Shown here piece by piece: positions 51,831-64,000 of a stretch of 64,000 nt of DNA; position 1 is the first letter of the stretch, and every line of letters starts with the position of its first letter. Both the position numbers and the translations under genes were made by a program. This DNA comes from Callorhinchus milii (Eukaryota), in NCBI RefSeq assembly GCF_018977255.1, contig NW_024704742.1:119538001-119602000 (forward strand), in the 5' to 3' direction. The notes under the pieces are model-generated. The model was not told the DNA's origin. It saw only the letters and a list, made by a program, of their open reading frames with translations, and searched no databases.

Positions 51831-52899
51831 TTTATGTGTGAATATACAAAGGCAGTACAATATAAACAATCAATTTGTTGCCAAATTACTTTTCAACATA
51901 AAATGATGGATTGCAGGATTACTATTTTTACTTTCTTGTTCCTTTCAGATGCAATTCAATGTACTGACTCTACAAGTGTCAAGGTACCATCAGACCCCAT
52001 GGAAGATGCTACAAAAGAACAAATAGCTGATTGTAACGTGAACTGCCTGAATCCTCCAAGCTGCGAATTGAATGACAAAGTCATCATTCATTATGGCAAT
52101 GAATTCACTGCAGATCATTAAAAGAGTCAATGCCAAGTTAATAAAGATGAAAGTTCCTAATGGTTCAATAACAGAGCATGTTGATGGTCTGACACTGAGT
52201 ATTAGGACAAGCTTACAAATGAAACTCTTCACTGAAATTGTCACGTTTTAGTCAAGCTACTCTTGGTTGATAGGATCTGCCACACATTAAGAAACTGACT
52301 CCAGAAAATTTAAAGAAACACAATAGTCATTGTACATGGAAGTGGCCAAGACTCATCATTGTACTGCAAGAGGAACAAAGGTGTTACAAGATCACAGATA
52401 GCTTTCAGATGAAGAAGGCACTGATATAAAATGCCCATTTGATCTCAATCCTCCATAATACCAACCCTTCCATCTCCCCATTACAACATTTAGCCACTTA
52501 TTAACATTGTTCAGTGCTCTGGCCTCAATCATCTTTCCTGCAATGTAGAATAGCAAGTATAATTGGGCTTCCCCCTCCATGTTCAATTATTTGCTTCCCT
52601 CCTAGCAGTAAGCGCACAGTACAAGTTGTGTTTAATTAATAATAGTGGAATAAGCTCAAGCACATGAATGACCTGCATTCTTATAAAGAAAGTAATTACT
52701 GGGTGGAGAAAAGAGATTTTGTTTCTATCAATTTAGGAAGTAAACAATACAGCCCCTTAGTGACTAAACAATGAAAGGCATCACTCACATTTTTAAACAC
52801 AAAGGAAGTTTCACTGTACTGTAACTGAACACTGCAGTATAAACCAGCAGTATAAACCTTCACTGAGTACACCTAACAGAAGGGAGCTACACTGCAATT

Positions 52900-53131
52900 G
52901 CCTTGCTCCCTCCCTTTCCTCCTTCAAGGCCGGTCTCAAGACCTTTCTCTTTGACCGTGCTTTCAGCTCCCCTCTCGACTCTCTACCCCCTCCTCGCTCC
53001 CTCCCTTCCCTCCCCTCACCCTGACCATTTCTCCCCTGCTCGGGTCCTGACCCAACTGTCCAGCGCCTTGGGACGTCCTCCCGACGTGAAAGGCGCTCTA
53101 TAAATGGAATCCTGTTGTTGTTGTTGTTGTT
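52900..53131 (+). mobile_element. Young L2 3' UTR and tail fragment
   Basis: Near-identical 3' UTR, stem-loop and (TTG)n tail to the 26890-27110 segment. Confidence 0.93.
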
Positions 53132-54612
53132 AAGATAATAAAAAGGGCAATGTTTTCTCAGTGGTGAAATCCCATTGTGACTCCAAAGCTCCCTTTGTGA
53201 AAAGACACCCACCTTTTTGGTTGTTTCTCAAAAGACAGCAGCATAAGACATGGCCTCACTTTCCTGCCACTACAAACTCTGGTGGTGAAAGAAAAGATAC
53301 AGAAAGAGCAGTGGTCAAGAAGCACAGATGGCACCAGCTCAACTGCACCAGCTCAACTCTATCATTGCAAATGAGAATTCTGTAACGACAACTTTACATT
53401 TTTGCTAACGAACAGTATAAAACAAATCCAGTTTCAAGTTCGCTTTTTAAAAAATTACATACACACCACATACACATAAACATTGCGAACATTTTACTTG
53501 CCAAGTACTATATGTTTACACTGAGGAATGTTAGCATGCATTTAGAAAAAAAAAACACTCAGATCAGGTGAATGCAGGAGCGGGAGGGTTTGAGGTGACA
53601 AAAAACGGCTGAACTGGGAACAATCTTATGCAAGCAGTGCTTTTACCCCTCGTGCTGGTGAAGCTGTTCTGAGATATAAACACGCTAGGTTTACCAGCAG
53701 GAAGCAAAAACCTCAACATAATTTCAAAGGAAACTCTGTGATGCAAACCATAGCACCACCATCAGCAGCAAATATGTGTCTAATATACTAAGTGTCTCAC
53801 AGATCACTTTCCAGAGATGCCACCACCATAATTATGTTAATTGTGAATATTAAAGTAGGTTAATTAGCTTTTCTTCCAAACTAGCAGCAAAAGGACCTTG
53901 AATCTTACACAGATTTCCCAAAGCTGGAAACCAGTTAACACATAATTTCTTACAATACAAAGTGATTGTAAATATTTAATTGCAACACATAAGCTGAGGA
54001 GCAACTGCATTACAAAACAATTACCTCCTTCTCTGCAACTGTATTAACAGAGAAACCAAAACACACACAAAGCACTAGATCAACTACTCAAATACCTACA
54101 ACCCAACAACTTCCCATCTGAACTAGATGCCTCAATAGGCAAATCCTGAACCAGACAAAAACAATACAGTGAAGCCCCATTTTAATGTGGATGTTGGGAT
54201 CCTTTAAACCCTATGAAGAAGAGGGATAGCAGTTTTCACTATGCTAAAAGCACAATGGCCGCAATCGGGGTCATCAGGTCACTGACAACATCGCAATGCA
54301 GTACAGGACCTGATAATCTGGAAATTGGCCATTATTTTTGGTGCAACAAGGTAAAATGGGCACCATTGTTACTTTCTGTGATGTTGAAGGAAAAGCCAAC
54401 CAGCGTGTGGGGGCAGTGGGTCAGAGGGAAATGTAGCCCACAGGCAACCATGTTCTAACCAAATCTGGACTTTAAAGAAGCGCATTATAATGGGGCTATA
54501 TTGTATATCCCAGAGAACTATAGATAAAAGGCAAGATGGGGGGAGTGGGGGGTGACAAAAATAAACACTTCAACAGTATCTTTGCAACAACACCAAAGTA
54601 ATTTGTACTTAC

Positions 54613-54644
54613 AGACTTCCTCTGCGGGGAAGGCTCAGCTCCTT
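54613..54644 (-). CDS. MAST4: MAST-family kinase internal exon (32 nt, phase 0 to 2): KELSLPRRGS(L)
   Basis: Minus strand reads tttttatttaacag|AAG GAG CTG AGC CTT CCC CGC AGA GGA AGT CT|gtaagt. Canonical acceptor and donor; the peptide matches the conserved MAST N-terminal motif KELSLPRRGS. Confidence 0.93.
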
Positions 54645-57600
54645 CTGTTAAATAAAAACAGGAAAAACATATAAATCAAGTACTGTGCTATCCAACTAGT
54701 TTTCTTTTTAACTTTCTTTACTATATAACAGAGAAGAATAAGATCTTTCCATTTAGGGTTTTTAAAGATTTAGCCTCAAACTTAATGCATGAAATAGACT
54801 CTCATGCAAACTTTACAAGCTGTACATCATGCATTGATGCAAGGAAACAATTGCACAAAGATATTATTCGTTGGTCTCAAGCATGACCTTTACAATGCTC
54901 TTTTCACAGAGGGTAATTGATGACTGGAACAGGTTGCCAGGAAAGGTGGCAGAGGCTAGAACACGAGATTCATTTAAAAAGCAGCTTGCTGCAGTAATGG
55001 GGAGACAGGAGACGATCATGGGTGTTCTGGAGCGGATGGGCCAAAGGGCCTTCTTCATCCAGATCAATCTTGTGATCTCAGGTAAAATCATCTGCAGTCT
55101 AAACAAATATACGTGACAGCATCAAGAGAATCTGAGAATACTGTTACACTCAGTCTATAAAAAAGTATTGGATTTTCCCGGGAGTGTAAACAAATAGATG
55201 TTCCAACACATCAAATTGAAGTTTGTAAAGTTGTCTTGAAAACCAGGCAATTGGTGACTAATTGGCTTAAATTGAGACATTCAGCCATAAGCAGCATTTA
55301 TCACCTACTCTTATTTGCATAATGCATGGTGCAGAAATAACTTGTGTCTGTGACTCATTCGTCTGAGGGCCAGTGCAAGCAATTTAATGCCACACCAGTT
55401 GGAAATTTCTCCAAGGCTCAATGCTCCATATATCAGTTATGAGAAGCATATATGATGGCACATGCCAGTATTCAATATAATCAATAATATTATCAATATT
55501 AAATTCTGCAATAAACCAAAGTGATTGTGAACGTCTTTTTTGTTGTGTCATTAAGGTTGTCATATAAATATTGCAGCCAATATTTTGTAACAAGAGGATT
55601 CACATGGACCATATTTGCTAGTTCCCATCCGCAATAAAGTTTGGGACAGTTCAAAAACAGTTAAACAGTTAATGTGTAGCAATGTAGGATTTCCAAAAGC
55701 AAAATGCATAGCAAATACATCCACATAAGTCAAGTACAATTGTGCATTTTATCGAGTATTTAGCATCCGTTGAGAGGTTCAACTCCTATTCAGGCAAGCA
55801 CAGAATTAACCAATTTTGTTACTGTGCCGTCTTTATACTGTATACATTAATGTTATGCATAACTATATATTAGCATTGTACTACCCAGACAATATTTTAT
55901 ATTTCTGCTCTTCTCATATAGCAAAATAAAAGAAAATCCAATGTAAAAAAAAAGTGATATTAGTTGCAATCCAACTGTGTCTGTGTCAATTATCAGGAAC
56001 AGTAATTAGCAGTACAAGCTGCAGCATGGAGATTAAAACTACACCCACGCAGAACATCAACTGAGATTCGTGCTGAATCAGGATTATTTCGAGTGCACAC
56101 AGAATAAATAGACAGCTTCAATTAATTTATTCTGTGAAACTGAAAAGAAATGGTCAACAGTTGGTAGCAGCCATTATCACTGTCATCTGAACAGCAGACA
56201 CTACGCACTGTTTTGTTTGTCTGCAGATGCATTATCTGTTTTTTGCAGTACCACATTGTCACGTACTTGGGCATATTGCAGACTTACAGGGATGAAGGCC
56301 GTGTTCCTGAATATAGAAGGTGAGTGGCAATATTAATTGCTTCATATCTGTCCTCAACAAGATATGAAGCAGACAGAGTCGTGAGAAGGACACAATACAT
56401 TGGCGTTTGCTGTTGATTTCTTTGTGGCCCAGTCGATAAGGTGTAAAATGCATTGAGAAAAGACAGGAAATTGTTACTTGCAAAGGCCAGAGGCAGCCAT
56501 TATTAGGATGGGTAAATGTACATTTCAAGACTTTCTAAGCTTGTCACGGTTTTAATGGGACTTATCATTATTACTGAAACTCAATACACCAGTGTAATTA
56601 CAGTAGTGAGCCCAATATTCACAGTAATTAGGACAGGTCACCATCGTGGATACGAATAATAGTGCAGTGTCACGGTATAACAATGTACCCGTCGAAATAC
56701 CAACCCCAAAACTTCTGCAGCAAGAGCTCGGTCCTTCTCTCTGCCCACCCCTCCATTCCACACTTCCCATCCTCCTCTTCACTCTCCCCAGAGTACCAGA
56801 CAATTCCCAAACTGCACAATGTCTGATGATATTTTGCTGAGTCTCAGAACAGAACCATGATTCCAGGGAAATCATAACGGATCCATGTTGTAGTTTCCTT
56901 TATATTCTTTTGCAGAATACTTAGTCAATGACAATATTTGTTTGGGGGATTGATGGCCAGGACACCAGGAGAAACTCTCTTCTCTTTTTGAATAGTGACA
57001 TGGAATCTTCAATTTCCAGTTGAACAGGGAGACTGGACCTTGGTTTAACGTCTCAACTGAAGAATAGAATAACCAATGAGTGATGAACTACCATATATTT
57101 CCTTTCAAATCTATAGATAACAAAGTACAATGACATGGGATGAAATCTGTATGGTTAATTATGTGAATAAAAACTGGTATTGTAGCTCTTACTTCTGGTA
57201 TTAGCTCATTCTTGTGCCAGTAAATACATCAGAAAAACAAAAATATACTTTTGATCTTACAAATAATATCAAGAAGCATGAATGGAATTTACAATTTTAA
57301 TACTAATTACAGTATGTCCAACTGCTATGGAGGTGGCAACAGTCCTACCTACTCAGAACCTGTTCTCATAGTCTAGGCTGATGCTTAATGCAATGCCACA
57401 GGAATGCTGCATTGTTGTTGTGCCACCTTTTGAATGAGACTTTAAACTGAGTTCCCATCTATTTGTTCAGGTGCGGATGACAGATCCCATGACACTATTC
57501 AAAAACAGAGGGGAGTTCCTTCCTGTGCCATGGCTAATAATCCTTCACTATATGGCTGTCTGTAGGAACTTGTCGGTGCAAAAGAGCATTTGCCTTCCAG

Positions 57601-58604
57601 AAAGGTCACTATATCTTTCTCTAATTACTTGCAAAGTGTCATTTCAAACTGGTAAGACACTATTAAAATTCAAGGTCTTGCTTAATTAACCTGTGGTCGT
57701 TGAGTGTGTTGAAAAATACATTTGATTTCATTGACGAACAAAGCTTTCTTCTGCCTTTAAGACTTCATTTTATGATCCAGATACATTCCCCAGGGTTGCA
57801 AAATATTTGCATAACAAAAACGCTGAAAAAAGTTTCATAACCTCACCCTTCAGTTTTAATGCATATTTATATATAATACATATTTAGCAATAAACTTTTA
57901 TAAGTATGCTTTGTATCAATGTGCATGACTGATATATTTGGATTAATGAACATGACAGACATATTTGGATTACTTGTTTTTGATAAACACTGGATACATT
58001 GAATGTCATGAGTACTTGTCAAACACTGGGCCGATAATTACATGATTTAGAAGCATGACTGTGTGCCTATTACTTCTTTTCTGCACTGTTCCACTACAGT
58101 AACTGTGACATTCATCAAACTACTTTACCCGTCACGCATGCCTTTCAAAGGTTTACAACTGGGTGCCATTCCATTAATCATGGCCAATCTGTCAGAGCCT
58201 CAATGATTAACAACTGGGCACAATCATCCTGATGTGCAGTAGTACAAATGGACAGGGCAGGTTTGTAAATTAGACTGGTTAAAATTTTGAATACAATTTT
58301 GCCAAATAGTGTAGGATTCATTTGTTTTCCAGCTACACAGCTGAAATTATTATATTATGGGCTTTAATTTTATTTAACAACTCATTCAGACTGTTAAAGT
58401 GTGCTACTAATTCATTGCAAGAGGAAAATGGCCATTGGCTATTCTATTTAATGATTACATTTAACGACACCTTCGAAATAACACCGAGAGGAATATAATA
58501 ATCCTTACATTTGGTATGGCACCTTGCATTCAGCAGCATGTTCAAAGAGCTTCACAGGGTATCCTGTAAAGTGTAGTGCCTGTCGTTTGTATATGTATTT
58601 TGTA

Positions 58605-59760
58605 ACCGATGATGTAGACGAGGCAAATGCAGCAGATGTAACTTAGCTGAATTTCCAGAAGGAGTTTGAAAAGGGCCACATGAGAGGCTCATGACTAAAA
58701 TAAGGGCATGTGGAATCATGGGAGAGGTAGCAGAATGGATTAAAGAATGATTAGGAAATCAAAAGCAAAGGATAGGAATTAAGGGTATTTTCTCAGGCTG
58801 GCAAAGGGTGGTATTCAGGGATCCGTGTTAGGACTGCGACTGTTCACCATGGGGGTAAGGTAAACAGTGAAGGGGATTGCAGAAGAATGCAGGAAGACAA
58901 ATAGGCAAGCAGAATGGGCAGACAGATGACAGATGAAGTTTAATGTAGGAAAATGTAAAGTAATTAATTTTGGCAGGAAAATAAAAAAGCCGTCTACAGT
59001 CTAGATGTAAAATTACATTTGTACAGCACCTTTCACATCGGGAGGACATCCCGACGTGAAACCTAACCCGACATAGATGGTAAGAACCTAAGGGGAGCAC
59101 AGGAGCAAAGAGATCTGGGGATTCAGATCCACAAATCTCTAAAAGTAGATATGGCTATAAAAAGGTCAACAGGTGCTTGGCTTTATATTCAAAGGGACAG
59201 AATATAAACGTAAGGAGGTGATGTTGAATTTATACAAAACCTAATCTAGACCAAATTTGGAGTATTGTATCCAAATCTGGTCTCAGTACTATAACGATAT
59301 AGCAGTAATGGAAAGAGTACAGCATAGCTTTACAAGGATGATACAAGGGCTAACAGGTTACTACTATTAGAATAGACTGAATTTTTTCGCTAATGAAGAG
59401 ATATTCAAGGGGGGAAACCTAACAGAAGTTATACAATTCTAAAAGGGTTCAATTAGGTTATCATAAATAGGCTGTTTCCACTGTTTTGGGAATCTGTAAC
59501 CAGGGGACACAAATATAAGATAGTGACTAGGGGATGTAAAATAGAGTTTAGGAAGTACCTCTTCACGCAGAGAGTAGTGAGATTGTGCAATGAATCGGAC
59601 AGTATAGATGGATTCAAGAGGAAGCTAGATCTTCACATGAGGGAGAGGGGAATAGTAAGATATGGAGTAAGGAATGGGTGAAGACATGTGTGGAGTATGA
59701 ACATTGACATGGACTGATTGGGCTGAGTGGCCGGTTTCTGTGCTTTGTAAATTTTGACTG
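58605..59760 (+). mobile_element. Decayed CR1 RT and 3' fragment containing a small L2 tail insertion
   Basis: FQKEFEKGPHERLMTKIRACGI, QMKFNVGKCKV and RPNLEYCIQIWS remnants plus 3' UTR. Confidence 0.88.
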
Positions 59761-59813
59761 TGTACTTCATAGAAATACTATAGAAAACGTCATAGAAATA
59801 CGTATGAAACTCA

Positions 59814-60340
59814 TTCAGCCTTCAGGCTGTGCTGCTAAGCATGTACTATGGGGCCAAGCAAGCTGTTCTTTCCATAAAATGGGGCTGCTGTTGATGTCAC
59901 CTCCTGTGAAAATGGTCAATGCTGACATCACCTCTTGTGCGCTGTGATTGAAGCAATCCATAACTGTCCTCCTCCCTGAGCAATTCATCATTAGCAAGGG
60001 ATACACCACCACAACTACACCCTGTGGCACTACATTATTGGCAAAGAGCTGACTGACCTAGTTCTAGAGAGAATCTGTAAACTGACAGACAAGTGCACAG
60101 ATCTGCAGGGTTTCCTCATTCTCCACAGCTTCGGTGGAAGCACTGGCCTCCCAGGAAGTTTCACTTCCCTTCTCATTCCTTTCCCTCCATGTTGCTTGAC
60201 TATGACAAGGTGTCCAAACTTTAATTGGCAATCTACCCAGCTCAAGTCTCTACAGTAGTGGAGGAACCCTACAACTCTCTTCTGACCACGTCATCCTCGA
60301 GCCCACATTCATGGTAGATAAAGCTATTTACAATGTATTA
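59814..60340 (+). pseudogene. TUBA: Degraded intronless alpha-tubulin pseudogene fragment
   Basis: Translates with frameshifts and a stop as [102 protein letters not shown], colinear with alpha-tubulin residues ~55-210. Confidence 0.92.
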
Positions 60341-60363
60341 GATCTGCTCATATTTGTAAGTGC

Positions 60364-61142
60364 ACAACAACAACAAAATAACATTTGTAAAGCACCTTTC
60401 ATGTCGGAAGGATGTCCCAAGGTGCTGGACAGTCAGTGTTTCAGACCTGAGCTGGGTTAGGATCGGGAAGGGTGTAGTGCAGGAGGGAAGGAGGATGATC
60501 GAAGGCACGTTCAAAGATGAGGATCTTGAGATGGGTCTTGATGGAGGCGAGGGAGGAGGCGAGTCGGAGGGAATGTGGGATGGAGTTCCAGAAGGTGGGG
60601 GCAGAGTGTCAGAAGGCCCGCCTGTCCACCAATGGTGGAGCGGGACAAGAGGGGGGACCTGAAGCAGGTCGGAGCTCGCTGAGCGGAAGGAGCGGGCAGG
60701 TTGGTAGGGGGTTAGGAGATCGCAGAGGTAGGGGAAAGCAAGACCATGGAGGGCTTTGAAGGTGAGGACCAGGATCTTGAACTATATCCTTTGTGTGATG
60801 GGAAGCCAGTGGAGTCAGGCGAGGATGGGGGTGACCACAAAGTCTGGTGGAGAGAGGACACGGGCAGCATAGTTCTGAATGATCTGCAGCCTATGGAGGG
60901 AGCAGTTGGGGAGGCTGACAAGCAGTGAGTTTGCATAGTCAAGCCTTGATGTTATGAATGCATTTATGAGGGTTTCAGTAGCCTGCGGTGTGAGACAGTG
61001 GTGGAACTGGACGATGTTGTAGACGAACGCAGAGTGGGTCATGGCATGGATGTGGGGTAGACAGGATAGTTGAGGGTCAAACAAAACACCAAGGTCCCGG
61101 ACTGGCTTAGTAAGGTGGAGTGTGCTTCAGTGGATGATGACA
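60364..61142 (-). mobile_element. L2 LINE 3' fragment, similar to the 289-2215 copy
   Basis: FDPQLSCLPHI and ITSRLDYANSLL motifs, 3' stem-loop, (TTG)n tail at 60364-60375. Confidence 0.92.
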
Positions 61143-61945
61143 ATACTGAATATATCAGTCATCTGCAGCAAGCAAGAGTCAGTGACCAAATATTTATTAA
61201 AATATTTAAAATATTTGTGATGCTTTACTTCACAAGTCATGGTTAAGTCATGGTGCAAGAGAAAATGTGGTGTTCATTGCAAACAGATTGGTTTAAAAAT
61301 AATATTCTGAGTTAATTGCAGCTAAAGAAATGTTCAGCGTATCTAGAATTTTTTTTGAACTGTACAAATAAGCAATAAATTACAACCAAAATACAGTAGT
61401 AGTAAACAGAAAAACTGCAAACGTTGGCAATCAAAAGTAAAAATAGGAAATCTATAGCAGCTCAATTATCCGTATCTGTAACACTTTAGAAAAAAAGCCA
61501 TTAGTCTTGCACTGTGGTACAGCACACACTAGTGGCTGTATGGGTGCACTGTAATTATTTTGACAAGTCAATAATGTTTATTTTATTATTAATTAACCTA
61601 GTAAAAGATGAAACAGCCACATTTCCATTAAAATCCAAGCATAGTGATTCAATACAGACAATTCTTACCATTATACGGAAGATTTGCTTCCAATTTTCAA
61701 CATCAATAATAATAGCATTAATCCTTGTATTTGATATACCGCCTTATCATGTCATTGAGACGTCGTAAAGCACATCACAGAATATATTGTAAAGTGAACT
61801 GACAGTATGAGCGAAATGTGGCACCCAATTGCACACAGTAGTGTCCCACAAACTGTCGTGGATTGAGTGACCAAATGTTTTTTTTAACGATACTCACAAT
61901 ATCTTGTGCGCATACTTAACATACTATTGGTTAGTATTTTAAGTA

Positions 61946-62167
61946 TTGGATTGTTCACTCACTAATAGAGTTGGGTATATAGATGGTCATGAGGCAGTTT
62001 AGATTCAGTCTGCTGATGTGTTGTTATAATAGTAATCCTTAAATACTACAAATTGGTATGTTAATTATTGGATTGTTCACCCACTAATAGGAAACGTGAG
62101 CTGGGTTTCGACCATCGTGAGACAGGATAGTTTCACCCCACTGATGTGTTGTTATAATAGTAATCCT
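61946..62167 (+). pseudogene. Two tandem degenerate fragments of the 28S rRNA 3' region
   Basis: 62068-62167 TTGGATTGTTCACCCACTAATAGGAAACGTGAGCTGGGTTTCGACCATCGTGAGACAGGATAGTTTCACCCCACTGATGTGTTGTTATAATAGTAATCCT matches the conserved LSU segment just before the sarcin-ricin loop; a more decayed copy lies at 61946-62040. Confidence 0.9.
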
Positions 62168-64000
62168 AAACATATTATGAGTTGGCAGCTTCCATGTGTG
62201 CAAGTTTTTTTTAAATAAGGTGTGTATGCAAGTTGAGTATCAATGCTAAAATTTACCCCAAGTAAATTACCTCCCTCAAAATATCCAGTCAAGTGCTATT
62301 GCTTACCTGCCAATCAGTTGTATGAATAGGAATTGCTGGTACATTAGCTCATGTACATTGGAAAGCGGCTAATTTGAAAGTACAGCGTGCGAGTACCCCT
62401 TTAATACTTCATAACATGTACTGGCCATAGGATTACACAGTAATCAACAGCAAATTATCTTTCAATAAATCTGCAGTAAAATAGATAATCCTCTTCTGTG
62501 AATGTCACACATCAAGAGATTACTGACAGACCGCAACAATATGGTCATTCATTGAAGGTCACCTCCCACTCCTCCCCCCACCTCCAAAATAAAACCCCTT
62601 GATCTCTATAAAATGGAAATTGCACAAAAAATACATTATAAGCAGTCAGTAGGGACTGTTTTTAAATTTGTTATCTAACCTTAAGATTTAGTGACTACAA
62701 AAAGCCACGCTGACATTGCTCTCACTTGAGTATCACCTCAACCCATTGATTATACTGCATTTCTGCGCAGAAATCAGTTCCAGGTGCAATTGTTTTTGAG
62801 ATTTGTAGCCTTCCATCAAAAATAAACACTAGCTTCAATCCAGTCTCTGGCTTTTCTCAGATTTTCTTCTTTAGGCCATAGATCTCTCAAGCAATGATAA
62901 ATTGGATTCTTATTAAATAGAAGTAGTTTTCTTTAAAATGCAGAAGAAATTTGGAAATCGACTTTATTTTTTTGAAAAGGATTACAAGTGATGAGCCAAG
63001 TTGCTAATGAGGATTTCGAAACTCATTCAGTTGCCACAGTTCAATGGAAATTAAGGCTGGATATGGACTTGTTTCATGTGGACTCCTGCAGAGTTTTGTT
63101 TTTACCTTTTGCTGCTAAAACAACTCTATATTTCAGGGTGACTTCACCTGGACAGGAAAACTGTGGGATCAGGAGCAACTTTTCAAAGTGGCTACTGTCT
63201 AAGAAGTTATAAACTGTACTTCAGATTCTCTCAAACGGTAGTGCAATATCAGATAGCAATGGGCGGGGAAGGAGTTGAGAAACAGGTTTTAAATTTGAGC
63301 ACAGGTTAGCTGCATAATAACACTACTATAATGCAATTTATTAAAAAATATACATATTTAAAAAAATGACTTTGAAGCATTCAAAAGAAAACACAAGACC
63401 TTAAAACAGGAAGAATCACTAAGTCCTTTACAGTGACAGTTAGGCCTTGCTGCACTGAGTGCTCTATTGTGTGCACTCAGGGAATCCAGCCGCCAGTCAC
63501 TCGTTTAAATCAGCGCACAATACTCTAACCTTAACCCTGATTAAATGTGAGTGGTGTTTGGATCATGAACAGTGGGCATGCTGTCAAATTAGTTTGAAGG
63601 CTCAGAGTTTTCTCAATGCGATTTGTTTTCATACTTGGATATGAGGTGGGTCAAGTCAGGCTGGTAAATACCTCCTGGGAAGAAGCCACTGTCGAACTAA
63701 TAGGTGGTGGGCAGGGAGAGTCCCAGACCCTGGAAGGAGTGAGGGCATAGGGGACAGAGAAATAATGATGAGGGCATGAATGTGTGTGAGTAACAGCTAA
63801 CAAATCAAGTCAATGGTTTGACTTTGGCTAGAACGGGTACAAGAAAATTAACGGCAAGCTGGGGAGAGTGAGGGAATGGAAGATATTGAGGTTCTTGTAA
63901 GAGGAACATGACCAGAGTTAATAATAATCCTTGCATTTGATATAGCACCTTATCATGTCTTCAAGACGACTCAAAGCGTTTCTCAGAATTTACTGTAAAG

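Noticed and set aside
61946..62167. Functional rRNA locus
   Set aside because: Only ~100-nt mutated fragments without flanking rDNA.
62307..62345. CAG|GTAAGC donor as the MDESS-type first exon
   Set aside because: No similarity to MDESSILRRRGLQ, and its ATG frame ends in phase 2 while the KELSL exon needs phase 0.
1..64000. Prokaryotic systems such as CRISPR arrays, operons or retrons
   Set aside because: The sequence is vertebrate intronic DNA; all RT motifs belong to L2 or CR1 LINEs.

Overview
Eukaryotic, repeat-rich vertebrate DNA, most likely a cartilaginous fish judging from the L2 LINEs with (TTG)n tails, shark-type CR1 3' ends and Deu-domain tRNA SINEs; the species is inferred, not proven. 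The window lies inside the 5' part of a MAST-family kinase gene (best match MAST4) on the minus strand. Four short coding exons missed by the ORF track can be read directly: KELSLPRRGSL (54613-54644), an alternative first exon MKTQRERLRIPGLTL (41180-41226) with a CRE plus TATA promoter, an 81-nt cassette exon LTPRSLSPTPTSPCSPCSPLHAFHFW (34864-34944), and a second alternative first exon MSDSSLWSILSGLSAPRFLNGTRLRRSK (9990-10075). All four end in phase 2. I did not find the shared downstream CRTSNRKSL exon, which probably lies left of the window. The long ORFs are L2/CR1 reverse-transcriptase remnants. Less ordinary items: ~105-115 bp elements (two of three copies with target-site duplications) carrying a degenerate minimal hammerhead-like motif (Penelope/retrozyme-like); a young L2 subfamily whose copies share a 2-nt frameshift; an intronless alpha-tubulin pseudogene; a tandem-duplicated 28S rRNA fragment; and several long inverted repeats. 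Family names come from recall of sequences, not from database searches.
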